Shown piece after piece: positions 28,689 to 37,945 of a stretch of 64,000 nt of DNA. Numbering within the stretch: the first letter of the stretch is position 1; every line of letters starts with the position of its first letter. This stretch comes from an uncultured Acetatifactor sp. (lineage in GTDB: Bacteria > Bacillota > Clostridia > Lachnospirales > Lachnospiraceae), in assembly GCA_947627115.1 (NCBI GenBank), contig CANQUQ010000009.1, positions 14,829 through 78,828 of the forward strand. Direction: 5' to 3'. Made by a program: the position numbers and the translations under genes. The notes under the pieces were generated by a model. That model had not been told where the DNA came from, did no database searches, and saw only the letters and a list, made by a program, of their open reading frames with translations.

Positions 28689-29933
28689 ATGGCACAGATC
28701 AGACCATTTGCGGCATATCGTCCCGTCCCTGACATGGCGGACAGGATAGCGGCGCTGCCCTACGACGTGTACAACAGGCAGGAGGCGGAGCAGGCGGTAA
28801 AGGACAATCCGGACTCCTTCCTTGCAATAGACAGAGCGGAGACCGGCTTCGGCCCTGAGGTGGACACTTACGCGCCGGAGGTCTATCGGCGCGCGGACAG
28901 GCTGCTGCATGAGCGGATCGCGGCCGGACAGTTCCTCAGGGAGGAAAAGCCCTGCTTTTATCTGTATCAGCAGATCTTTCAGGGAAGGAGACAGACAGGG
29001 ATCGCAGCCTGCGCCTCCATAGACGATTATCTGGACAACACGATCAAAAAGCATGAGAATACCAGGGAGGACAAGGAGCTGGACCGCATCAGGCATGTGG
29101 ACGTGTGCAATATGCAGACGGGCCCCATCTTTCTCGCCTACCGCGCCAACAATGCTCTGCGAGAGATAGTGGCGCAGGCCCAGGAGCAGGAGCCGGTGTA
29201 TGATTTTGTGTCGGAGGACGGCGTGGGACATCGCGTATGGGTGATCGGGGACGAGGACGCGATCCGGCGCATACAGGAGGAATTTGCCCGGATCCCCGCG
29301 CTCTATATCGCGGACGGACATCATCGCTGCGCGTCCGCGGTCAAGGTTGGACTGATGCGGAGGGAAGCACATCCGGACTATACGGGACAGGAGGAATTCA
29401 ATTTCTTTCTCTCGGTCCTCTTTCCGGACGAGGAGCTGCACATTATGGATTACAACAGGGTGGTCCGCGACCTGAACGGATATACCGCTGTGGAATTTCT
29501 GGAAAAGATCGGGAGCAATTTCCGGGTGGAGGATCGGGGGACGAGCCCCTGCCGCCCTGAGAAAAAAGGCACCTTCGGCATGTTTCTGGAGGGCCGGTGG
29601 TATCTGCTGACGGCGAAGGACGCCATTCTCTCGGAGGATGCGGTGGAGGGGCTGGATGTCTCCCTGCTGCAGAAATATCTTCTGGAGCCGGTCCTCGGCA
29701 TCGGCGATCCCAGGACCGACAGGCGCATTGACTTTGTGGGCGGGATCAGAGGTCTGGAAGAGCTGGAGCGGAGAGTGCGGACAGATATGAAGGCAGCGTT
29801 CGCAATGTATCCCACCTCCATTGAGGAGCTGTTCCGGGTGGCGGATGCGGGCAGGCTCATGCCTCCCAAGTCCACCTGGTTCGAACCGAAGCTGAGGAGC
29901 GGACTGTTCCTGCATGATATCCGGCAGAGCTGA
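28689..29933 (+). CDS. DUF1015 family protein (ParB/Srx-like motif)
   Basis: IRPF..YRP, LPYDV, KHENTR, YIADGHHR, PPKSTWFEPKLRSGL. Confidence 0.85.
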   Translation: MAQIRPFAAYRPVPDMADRIAALPYDVYNRQEAEQAVKDNPDSFLAIDRAETGFGPEVDTYAPEVYRRADRLLHERIAAGQFLREEKPCFYLYQQIFQGRRQTGIAACASIDDYLDNTIKKHENTREDKELDRIRHVDVCNMQTGPIFLAYRANNALREIVAQAQEQEPVYDFVSEDGVGHRVWVIGDEDAIRRIQEEFARIPALYIADGHHRCASAVKVGLMRREAHPDYTGQEEFNFFLSVLFPDEELHIMDYNRVVRDLNGYTAVEFLEKIGSNFRVEDRGTSPCRPEKKGTFGMFLEGRWYLLTAKDAILSEDAVEGLDVSLLQKYLLEPVLGIGDPRTDRRIDFVGGIRGLEELERRVRTDMKAAFAMYPTSIEELFRVADAGRLMPPKSTWFEPKLRSGLFLHDIRQS

Positions 29934-29979
29934 CGCAAGAAGATGGGATTCCTGCGGCGGCAGGAAGATAGGAGAGAGC

Positions 29980-32409
29980 ATGACAAAGAAATTGTACAAG
30001 CTGATGAACTGGCCCCTGATAGAAGAAATCATATATTCGGAGAGCGACGATCCCCATGCCGTGCTGGGCCCTCACAGGGCGGGCAGCCAGACGCTGGTGC
30101 AGGCGTATTTCCCCGGCGCGAAAAAGGCGGCTTTGGTCTATGACAGGACGGGAGAGACCGTACAGATGGAAAAGGCTGACGACGACGGCTTTTTTGCGGT
30201 GCTCCTGCCGGGCACGGAGGCGCCGGCCTACCACTATCAGGTGCAGAGAGGCAAGAAGACCCTGACCTTCGGGGAGCCTTACCGCTTTGAACCCCGGATC
30301 ACCAAGAGCGACACGGAAAAGTTCAGGAACGGCATCCATTATACGGTCTACGAGAAGCTCGGAGCGCATCCCATGGAGCTGGAGGGCGTAAAGGGCACCT
30401 ATTTTGCCGTCTGGGCGCCGGGCGCCATGCGCGTCAGCGTGGTGGGGGATTTCAACGAGTGGGACGGACGGATGCATCAGATGCGCCGCCTGTGGGACTC
30501 AGGCATCTTTGAAATATTTGTTCCCGGTGCAAGGGCCGGAGAGAACTACAAATTTGAACTGAAGCTGAAAGACGGCCTTACCTACCTGAAGGCCGATCCT
30601 TACGGGAACGCGGCGCAGCTGCGCCCGGAGACGGCGTCCGTCATTGCGGATCTCAGGGGCTTTCACTGGGAGGATGAACGGTTCCTCCGGGACAGAGAAA
30701 AATTTCAGACCGGTGCGGTGCCGATGAGCGTCTACGAGCTGTACCTGGGCTCCTTCACGGCGGCGAGGAAGGGAGAGGCCCGCGCAAATTACCGCGATAT
30801 CGCGGATGCCCTGATCCCCTATGTGAAGGAGATGGGCTATACCCACGTGGAACTGATGCCGGTCATGGAACATCCCCTGGACGAATCCTGGGGATATCAG
30901 GTCATCGGGTATTATGCGCCCACATCCCGCTACGGTTCTCCGAAGGACTTCATGTATTTTGTGAACGAACTGCACAAAGCGGGCATCGGGGTGATCCTGG
31001 ACTGGGTGCCGGCGCATTTTCCCAGGGATGGATACGGACTTTCGGATTTTGACGGGACATGCCTGTACGAGCATCCGGATTCCCGCAGGGGAGGTTACAC
31101 GCCCTGGGGAACGCTGACGTACGATTACGGCAGACCGGAGGTCTCCAACTATCTGATTGCAAACGCCCTGTTCTGGGTGGAGAAGTACCATGCGGACGGG
31201 ATCCGGATGAATGCGGTGGCAAGCATGCTGTACCTGGATTACGGCAGGAGCGACGGACAGTGGACGCCCAACATCTACGGCGGCAGAGAGAATCTGGAAG
31301 CCATTGAGTTGATAAAGCACCTGAATTCCATCATGAAGAAGAGAAACGCCGGCGTGCTGACCGTCGCGGAGGAGAGCACGGCTTTCCCCGGAGTGACAGG
31401 CAATCTGGACGAAGGCGGGCTGGGCTTTGACCTGAAGTGGAACACGGGATTTGTAAATGACTATCTGCGCTATATCCAGTATGATCCCTATTTCCGGAGC
31501 CATCATCACGGTGAGTTGACCTTCAGCATGATATATGCGTACAGCGAAAAATTCATGCTGGCCTTCTCTCATGACGAAGTGGTACACGGGAAAGCGTCCC
31601 TGGCGGGAAAGATGCCCGGTGACAGGGGACAGAAGCTGGCAAATCTCCGCCTGACGTACGCTTACGCGATGGCGCATCCCGGTAAGAAGCTTCTGTTCAT
31701 GGGACAGGATCTTGGAGAGCCTGACGAATGGAATGAAAAACGCCTTGTGGAGTGGGAATTGGCCGAGGCGCCGGAGCATGCGGGAATAAGAGCGCTGGTG
31801 AGGGATCTGAATCACCTTTACCGCACCAGTCCGGAGCTGTACGAGCTGGACGATCGGGCTGAGGGCTTTGAGTGGATCAATAATATTTCCGGCAATGAGA
31901 ATTATCTGGTCTTCCTGCGCCATGGCGAAAAAGAAGAGCAGGTCCTGCTGGTGGCGGCCAATTTCTCCGGTATTTCCAGACAGATCACCGCGGGCGTGCC
32001 CTTTGACGGGAAATATAAGGAGATCTTCAACTCTGACGACGAAAAGTACGGCGGCAGCGGTGAGACGAACGGCCGGGTCAAAAAGGCCCGCCGGACAGAG
32101 TGGGATGACAGGCCGCAGTCCGTCACGGTGAAGCTGGCCCCGCTGTCTGTGAGCATACTGCGCTATATTCCTTATACGGAGGAAGAGCTGGAGCAGAAGC
32201 AAAAGCAGGAGAAGGCCCGCATGGAGAAGGCCGCGGCGGCAAGGAAGAAAGCTCAGGAGAAGGCCGCGGCGGCAAGGAAGAAAGCTCAGGAGGAGGCCGC
32301 GGCGGCAAGGAAGAAAGCCCAGGAGAAGACTGCGGCGGCAAAGAAGAAAGCTCAGGAGAAGACTGCGGCGGCAGGGAAGAGAACTCAGGAGAAGGCCGCA
32401 AAGAAATAG
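29980..32409 (+). CDS. glgB: 1,4-alpha-glucan branching enzyme homolog with nucleophile D->N and Lys/Ala repeat tail
   Basis: DPHAVLGPH, FAVWAP, SWGYQ, DWVPAHFP, DGIRMNAVASM, AEEST, SHDEVVHGK. Confidence 0.92.
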   Translation: MTKKLYKLMNWPLIEEIIYSESDDPHAVLGPHRAGSQTLVQAYFPGAKKAALVYDRTGETVQMEKADDDGFFAVLLPGTEAPAYHYQVQRGKKTLTFGEPYRFEPRITKSDTEKFRNGIHYTVYEKLGAHPMELEGVKGTYFAVWAPGAMRVSVVGDFNEWDGRMHQMRRLWDSGIFEIFVPGARAGENYKFELKLKDGLTYLKADPYGNAAQLRPETASVIADLRGFHWEDERFLRDREKFQTGAVPMSVYELYLGSFTAARKGEARANYRDIADALIPYVKEMGYTHVELMPVMEHPLDESWGYQVIGYYAPTSRYGSPKDFMYFVNELHKAGIGVILDWVPAHFPRDGYGLSDFDGTCLYEHPDSRRGGYTPWGTLTYDYGRPEVSNYLIANALFWVEKYHADGIRMNAVASMLYLDYGRSDGQWTPNIYGGRENLEAIELIKHLNSIMKKRNAGVLTVAEESTAFPGVTGNLDEGGLGFDLKWNTGFVNDYLRYIQYDPYFRSHHHGELTFSMIYAYSEKFMLAFSHDEVVHGKASLAGKMPGDRGQKLANLRLTYAYAMAHPGKKLLFMGQDLGEPDEWNEKRLVEWELAEAPEHAGIRALVRDLNHLYRTSPELYELDDRAEGFEWINNISGNENYLVFLRHGEKEEQVLLVAANFSGISRQITAGVPFDGKYKEIFNSDDEKYGGSGETNGRVKKARRTEWDDRPQSVTVKLAPLSVSILRYIPYTEEELEQKQKQEKARMEKAAAARKKAQEKAAAARKKAQEEAAAARKKAQEKTAAAKKKAQEKTAAAGKRTQEKAAKK
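32224..32406 (+). repeat. 33-bp in-frame tandem repeat, ~5.5 copies (EKAAAARKKAQ)
   Basis: Units at 32224, 32257, 32290, 32323, 32356 and a partial unit at 32389. Confidence 0.95.
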
Positions 32410-32446
32410 TGCGGCGGAGCAATATATTAATTATGACCGCAAAGGA

Positions 32447-33301
32447 ATGGGAAAGATGAATACTGACTTAAATGCAATGGAAAGGTTCTTTACCGATCTG
32501 GCTTCGGAGGGTCTGCATCTGGGGATCCGTGTAGTGCTTGCAGTGATCCTCTTCCTGATCGGCAGCCAGCTGATCAAATTCGTGAGGACCGTTATCAGAA
32601 AATCCATGAGACATGCCCAGGCAGAGGTGGGGGCAATACAGTTCGTGGACTCCTTTGTCAAAACTGCATTGTATATTGTGCTTGTGGTCCTGCTGGCGTC
32701 ATTCTGCGGAGTGGATGCCGCGGGCATTGTGGCCGTCGTGGGCTCGGCGGGCGTTGCGGTCGGACTGGCCGTGCAGGGAAGCCTTTCAAATCTGGCCGGA
32801 GGCGTGCTGATCCTGGCGCTGAAGCCCTTTAAGGTGGGAGACTATATCGTTGAGAGCCTGACCGGCAAGGAGGGCACGGTGACGGAGATCCAGATCTTTT
32901 ATACGAAGCTGCTCACCTTTGACAATCAGACGGTCGTCCTGCCCAACGGAAGTCTGGCCAACAACAGTCTTGTGAACGTGACGGCCCAGGATTCCAGGCG
33001 TATGGAGATCCGTGTGCCCGTGTCCTACAGCACGGACCTGAAGAAGGCCAGGGAGGTCCTGACAAAGGTGTTGGAGGATGACCCGGCAGTGATAAAGGAA
33101 AAGGAATATCTGGTGTTTGTGAATCAACTGGGGAACTCCGCTGTGGAGCTGGGAGTCCGGTGCTGGTTCAGCCAGGCGGATTTCTGGCCGGGGAAATGGC
33201 GTGTGACCGAGAGCTGTAAGCTGGCTCTGGACGAGGCCGGGATCTCGATCCCGTACGATCAGCTGGATGTACATTTAATTGAAAAAGATCAAAACGGATA
33301 A
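32447..33301 (+). CDS. mscS: Small-conductance mechanosensitive channel
   Basis: GSAGVAVGLAVQGSLSNLAGG, KPFKVGDYI, GTVTEIQIFYT, PNGSL, GISIPY. Confidence 0.92.
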   Translation: MGKMNTDLNAMERFFTDLASEGLHLGIRVVLAVILFLIGSQLIKFVRTVIRKSMRHAQAEVGAIQFVDSFVKTALYIVLVVLLASFCGVDAAGIVAVVGSAGVAVGLAVQGSLSNLAGGVLILALKPFKVGDYIVESLTGKEGTVTEIQIFYTKLLTFDNQTVVLPNGSLANNSLVNVTAQDSRRMEIRVPVSYSTDLKKAREVLTKVLEDDPAVIKEKEYLVFVNQLGNSAVELGVRCWFSQADFWPGKWRVTESCKLALDEAGISIPYDQLDVHLIEKDQNG

Positions 33302-33377
33302 AAGACGGATTGCGGGATCCTGAGATATATGTTAAAATTGAATCATATTAAATTCTATCAATAAAGGAGGAAAGGAA

Positions 33378-34565
33378 ATGTTAGATCGATTTTTGAGCAG
33401 TATTACCACAGGCGCATGGGCAGTGGTCAGCGCGGTGCTTATACTGGTGGCGGCATTCGTCGTGGCGACTATTGTAAAGGCGCTTGTCATGAAGCTGCTG
33501 AACAAGGGCAGGATAAGTCAGGTCCTGGAGAAGGTCGACGCAGCCGGGGTGGACGCCCAGACCGGCACGACGAAGGACTTCATCGGGAAGCTGGTCTATT
33601 TACTGGTATTTTTGCTCTTTGTACCCGGTATCTTCACCAGACTGGGGCTGTCGAATATTATCAGCCCGATCACGGGTCTTCTTGACAAGGTATGGGGCTA
33701 TGTGCCCAACATTGCAGCTGCCGTTATCGTGCTGGTGATCGGCTTCTTTGTGGCGAAGCTGGTAAGACAGCTTCTGATCCCGGTATTTGACAAGCTGAGC
33801 ATCAACAAGCTGCAGGAGAAGGCGGGCATCGAAGTGGCGAGCGGGGACAAGCTCTCCGGCACGCTGGCATATATCGTCTACGTGCTCATTCTGATCCCCA
33901 TGATCGTAGTGGCGCTGGATGTACTGAATATCGATGTGATCTCTACGCCCGCAGTCAATATGCTGAATCTGATCTTTGCATTTATTCCGAATATCTTTGT
34001 AGGCCTGGTAATTATCCTGATCGGATGCATGATAGGTAAATTCGTAGGACAGATCGTGACACGTCTGATCGCGTCCGCGGGACTGGATGCAAAGCTTTCC
34101 GCTCTCACCGGAGACCAGGGCAAGATCGTGCTGTCCAAGCTTGTGGGCAACATCATCTATGCAGTCGTTGTCATCTGCTTTGTGGTAGAGGGCGTGAACG
34201 TGCTCAAGCTGGAGGTGCTGACGAATATCGGTGCGGTGATAATCGGATATATGCCCGCGGTACTGGGCGCGATCATTATCTTTTCCGCTGCGCTGTTCGC
34301 AAGCTCCGCCGCGGAAAAGGCACTCCGCAAGAACGGTATGAATGTCATGGCAATAGTGGTCAGGGCAGCGATTCTTGTGGTAGCGGCCTTCATGGTCCTG
34401 AGTCAGCTGGGCATCGCCGCAGAATTGGTGAACTCCACATTCAAGCTGATCATTGCAGCGCTGGCAGTGGCGTTTGCGGTGGCATTTGGCGTAGGCGGCA
34501 AGGATTTCGCATCCCGCACGCTGAAGAAGCTGGAGGACAATCTGGATAATAAGGACGAAAAGTAA
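33378..34565 (+). CDS. Multi-pass membrane protein with repeated MscS-type TM_helix units (CmpX-like)
   Basis: Repeats YVPNIAAAVIVL, FIPNIFVGLVII, YMPAVLGAIIIF; ends ALAVAFAVAFGVGGKD. Confidence 0.75.
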   Translation: MLDRFLSSITTGAWAVVSAVLILVAAFVVATIVKALVMKLLNKGRISQVLEKVDAAGVDAQTGTTKDFIGKLVYLLVFLLFVPGIFTRLGLSNIISPITGLLDKVWGYVPNIAAAVIVLVIGFFVAKLVRQLLIPVFDKLSINKLQEKAGIEVASGDKLSGTLAYIVYVLILIPMIVVALDVLNIDVISTPAVNMLNLIFAFIPNIFVGLVIILIGCMIGKFVGQIVTRLIASAGLDAKLSALTGDQGKIVLSKLVGNIIYAVVVICFVVEGVNVLKLEVLTNIGAVIIGYMPAVLGAIIIFSAALFASSAAEKALRKNGMNVMAIVVRAAILVVAAFMVLSQLGIAAELVNSTFKLIIAALAVAFAVAFGVGGKDFASRTLKKLEDNLDNKDEK

Positions 34566-34627
34566 GACTTCTGCTCCGGCATCTTCCGTGCGCACGGCAG
34601 AAGAAAATGAACTTTCTAAAATAATAG

Positions 34628-34656
34628 TTGAAAAATGGACAGAGAACCTATATAAT
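34628..34656 (+). promoter_or_regulatory. sigmaA promoter of tRNA-Thr
   Basis: TTGAAA-17-TATAAT. Confidence 0.75.
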
Positions 34657-34689
34657 ACACTTAGTTGCGCTTGCAGCGCAGCTGGTGCT

Positions 34690-34762
34690 GCTGAAATAGC
34701 TCAGTTGGTAGAGCACTTCACTCGTAATGAAGGGGTCGTGGGTTCAAGTCCCATTTTCAGCT
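34690..34762 (+). tRNA. tRNA-Thr(CGT), CCA not encoded
   Basis: Acceptor GCTGAAA/TTTCAGC; D-arm AGCTCAGTTGGTAGAGC; anticodon arm CTTCA-CT-CGT-AA-TGAAG; T-loop GGTTCAAGTCC. Confidence 0.97.
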
Positions 34763-34768
34763 GTATGT

Positions 34769-34801
34769 AAGGCCTGAAAGCGAGAGCTTTTGGGCCTTTT
34801 T
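34769..34801. terminator. Terminator after tRNA-Thr, possibly shared with the convergent ABC operon
   Basis: aaggcctgaaagc-gaga-gcttttgggcctt followed by T's. Confidence 0.75.
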
Positions 34802-34802
34802 A

Positions 34803-35615
34803 TTACATTTTGAACCGAATTTTTATTTGATGCTCTATGAACTGGATAGACTTATAGAACAGCAGAGCGATCACGCAGAGCACAATAATGCTGGTGATCA
34901 CCATATCCAGCCGGAATACCTGTGAGCCGTAGATGATCAGATAGCCGAGACCTCTTCTGGCAGCCAGGAATTCTCCGATGATGACTCCCACCAGCGCCAG
35001 CCCGATATTGACCTTTGCCGTGCTGAGCAGAATGGGTACGGAGCCCGGCAGTATCACCTTAAAGAACGCATCCCGCCTGTGCCCGCCCAGAGTGTAGATC
35101 AGCGTCACCTTTTCCCCGTCTACCTGTTGGAAGCCTGTAAAGAAGCTGATGACGGAGCCGAAGATCGCCACGGACATGCCGGCCACGATGATAGTCCTTG
35201 TGCCGGTGCCGAGCCAGACGATAAAGAGCGGGGCCAGCGCCGACTTTGGCAGGCTGTTCAGGACCACCAGGTAGGGCTCCAGGATCTCGGAAAGCTTCGG
35301 CGAGTACCACAGTACGGTGGCCGCCGCAAGGCTGCACAGGAAGACCAGGAGAAAGCTGACGATCGTCTCGTACAGCGTGATCCCGATGTGGAAAAGCATG
35401 GAATTTGTTCTGATCTGCTCCGCCAGGCACAGGACGACCCGGCTGGGACTGGAAAAGAAAAAGCTGTCGATCCGGCCGGTGTCTGCGCTGATTTCCCACA
35501 GCGCCAGGAACAGAACAAAGAGCAGGATGCGCCATGCCGCGATCAGATAATGATGCCGTCTGTGCTGCCGCACAAATTCCTCCTGTCTTGTCAGGGTCCT
35601 TCTTTCAGTCTTCAT
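34803..35615 (-). CDS. NitT/TauT-family ABC permease (YtlD-like)
   Basis: FFFSSPS, LNSLPKSALAPL, LVGVIIGEF; EAA-loop equivalent. Confidence 0.88.
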   Translation of the reverse strand: MKTERRTLTRQEEFVRQHRRHHYLIAAWRILLFVLFLALWEISADTGRIDSFFFSSPSRVVLCLAEQIRTNSMLFHIGITLYETIVSFLLVFLCSLAAATVLWYSPKLSEILEPYLVVLNSLPKSALAPLFIVWLGTGTRTIIVAGMSVAIFGSVISFFTGFQQVDGEKVTLIYTLGGHRRDAFFKVILPGSVPILLSTAKVNIGLALVGVIIGEFLAARRGLGYLIIYGSQVFRLDMVITSIIVLCVIALLFYKSIQFIEHQIKIRFKM

Positions 35616-36372
35616 GTGTCAAGTCCTCCCATAATCTGGTAAAATAGTCCTGAAATTCCGGTGCGTTCCTGGCGGCCAGCGGCGAGTCGTCCTTTAGTGT
35701 CAGCCTCACAGGCATTTCGGTCCGCACAGTGGCGGGACGGCCGGAGAGTACAATGATCCTGTCCGCAAGGCTGATGGCTTCTGCCAGATCATGTGTGATA
35801 ATGATCATGGTCTTGCCTGCCTCCCGGATCAGATGGCAGATATCGGCGGAGACCATAAGCCGGGTCTGGTAGTCCAGAGCGCTGAAGGGCTCATCCAGCA
35901 GAAGCAGCTGAGGCTCCAGGGCCAGGGTGCGGATCAGCGCCGCGCGCTGTTTCATTCCGCCTGAGAGCTCGCTGGGGCGTTTGTCGCGGAACTTATCGAG
36001 ACCGTACTCCTCCAGAAGACGGTCTACCTTTTGCAGGCGGTCCGGTGTGAGCTGCCTGTGTATCTCCAGCCCAAGCGTCACGTTGCGGTAGACCGTGCGC
36101 CATTCAAAGAGGTGGTCGCGCTGCAGCATGTAGCCGATCTTCGGGTAGCGCAGGGAGCCGTCGGGATTGTTCACCAGAATGGTTCCCTGCTCCGGCGCCA
36201 GCAGCCCCGCGATAATGGAGAGGAGCGTGGTCTTTCCGCAGCCGCTGGGGCCCACAATAGCCACAAATTCTCCCTCGCCGACCCCGAAGGAGATATTCCG
36301 AAGAGCCTGTGTCTCCCCGTGAAGGTTGTGGTATGAGTAGCTGATATTCTTCAGTTCAAGAATATTAGGCAT
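35605..36372 (-). CDS. NitT/TauT-family ABC ATP-binding protein (YtlC-like)
   Basis: GPSGCGKTT, LSGGMKQR, LLLDEPFSALD, ITHD. Confidence 0.92.
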   Translation of the reverse strand: MPNILELKNISYSYHNLHGETQALRNISFGVGEGEFVAIVGPSGCGKTTLLSIIAGLLAPEQGTILVNNPDGSLRYPKIGYMLQRDHLFEWRTVYRNVTLGLEIHRQLTPDRLQKVDRLLEEYGLDKFRDKRPSELSGGMKQRAALIRTLALEPQLLLLDEPFSALDYQTRLMVSADICHLIREAGKTMIIITHDLAEAISLADRIIVLSGRPATVRTEMPVRLTLKDDSPLAARNAPEFQDYFTRLWEDLTHED

Positions 36373-36403
36373 TGGTTCTCCCTCTTACACTTTTACTTAT
36401 CAT

Positions 36404-36431
36404 AGTGTATGAAATGAGAGAAAAAGGAGTT
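36404..36431 (-). promoter_or_regulatory. Putative mother-cell sigmaK/sigmaE promoter of the ABC operon
   Basis: Minus strand AACT-16 nt-CATACACT. Confidence 0.45.
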
Positions 36432-36509
36432 ACTTGCACTATCGTGTCTTTTATGGTAATATGAATGGTAAGCGCAATCGGTCAAGACGGTTGCCACGGG
36501 AGAGAAAGT

Positions 36510-37904
36510 ATGGCACAGTTATGGGGAGGACGCTTCACCAAGGATACGGACCAAAGGGTCTATGAGTTTAACGCATCCATTGGATTTGACCGCCGTTTGT
36601 TCCATCAGGATATAGAGGGGAGCATGGCTCATGTGAGCATGCTGACAAGGCAGGGGATCCTCACCGAAGACGAGGGGAAGCGCATTGCCGAAGGACTGCA
36701 GGGCATCCGCCGCGACGTTGAGGCCGGAAGGCTTGAGATCAGTGAAAAATACGAGGACATCCACAGCTTTGTGGAGGCGGTCCTGACCGAGCGGATCGGT
36801 GACGCCGGGAAAAAGCTCCACACGGGAAGGAGCCGTAATGACCAGGTGGCGCTGGATATGAGGCTCTATACCAGATACCGTGTGACGGAGACGGCAAGGC
36901 TTTTGGAGGAGCTCCTGGATACGATACTGGGCACCATGGCGGAGAACACAGAGACTTACATGCCCGGTTTTACCCATCTGCAGAAGGCTCAGCCGACTAC
37001 GCTGGCCCACCACTACGGCGCTTACTTTGAAATGTTCAGGCGCGACAGACTGCGCATGACGGACATATATGAGAGAATGAATTACTGCCCGCTGGGCGCC
37101 GGGGCGCTGGCAGGCACCACATACCCTTTGGACAGGGAGTATGTGGCCGCCGCTCTGAAATTTGCAGGCCCCACCATGAACAGCATGGACTCCGTCTCGG
37201 ACAGAGATTATCTGATCGAGTACCTGGCGGCGCTGGCCACCGTAATGATGCATCTCAGCCGCTTCTGCGAGGAGATCATCCTATGGAACTCGAACGAGTA
37301 CCGTTTTGTGGAGATCGACGACGCATATTCTACCGGAAGCAGCATTATGCCTCAGAAGAAGAACCCCGATATTGCCGAGCTGATACGGGGAAAGACCGGG
37401 CGGGTGTACGGCGCTCTCATGAGCCTGCTCACCACCATGAAGGGGCTTCCGCTGGCGTACAACAAGGATATGCAGGAGGATAAGGAGATGGCGTTCGACG
37501 CCATGGACACGGTGGCAGACTGCCTGTCTCTCTTTGCGGGGATGCTGCGGACCATGAAGTTCAATAAGGAGCGTATGGCGGAGAGCGCAATGAGCGGTTT
37601 TACCAACGCCACCGACGCCGCGGACTATCTGGTAGGCAAGGGGGTTCCGTTCAGGGATGCCCACGGCATTGTCGGCAGACTGGTCCTGTACTGTATTGAG
37701 AAAAATACTTCTATCGATAAGCTTTCTCTGGAGGAGCTGAGAAAGATCAGCGATAAGTTCGAGGAGGATATCTTTGACGCGGTCTCACTGAAGACCTGTG
37801 TGGAGAGAAGGCTCACCGCAGGCGGTCCCGGTCCGGCGGTAATGAATAAGACGATCCGGATGTACAGGGACTGGCTGGATCAGGTGAAGCGGGAGAGCTT
37901 TTAA
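36510..37904 (+). CDS. argH: Argininosuccinate lyase
   Basis: LWGGRF, HTGRSRNDQV, PGFTHLQ, GSSIMPQKKNPD, YNKDMQEDKE. Confidence 0.97.
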   Translation: MAQLWGGRFTKDTDQRVYEFNASIGFDRRLFHQDIEGSMAHVSMLTRQGILTEDEGKRIAEGLQGIRRDVEAGRLEISEKYEDIHSFVEAVLTERIGDAGKKLHTGRSRNDQVALDMRLYTRYRVTETARLLEELLDTILGTMAENTETYMPGFTHLQKAQPTTLAHHYGAYFEMFRRDRLRMTDIYERMNYCPLGAGALAGTTYPLDREYVAAALKFAGPTMNSMDSVSDRDYLIEYLAALATVMMHLSRFCEEIILWNSNEYRFVEIDDAYSTGSSIMPQKKNPDIAELIRGKTGRVYGALMSLLTTMKGLPLAYNKDMQEDKEMAFDAMDTVADCLSLFAGMLRTMKFNKERMAESAMSGFTNATDAADYLVGKGVPFRDAHGIVGRLVLYCIEKNTSIDKLSLEELRKISDKFEEDIFDAVSLKTCVERRLTAGGPGPAVMNKTIRMYRDWLDQVKRESF

Positions 37905-37945
37905 TTTGAGCAGAGTGCCGTGACGGCACCGGAAAGAGGAGAATT

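Noticed and set aside
34690-34801. tRNA-Thr as an integration site
   Set aside because: I found no integrase and no duplicated tRNA 3' end in the window; ordinary genes flank it.
36462-36480. ARG box upstream of argH (ATGAAT...GCA)
   Set aside because: Only one half-site matches; too weak to report.
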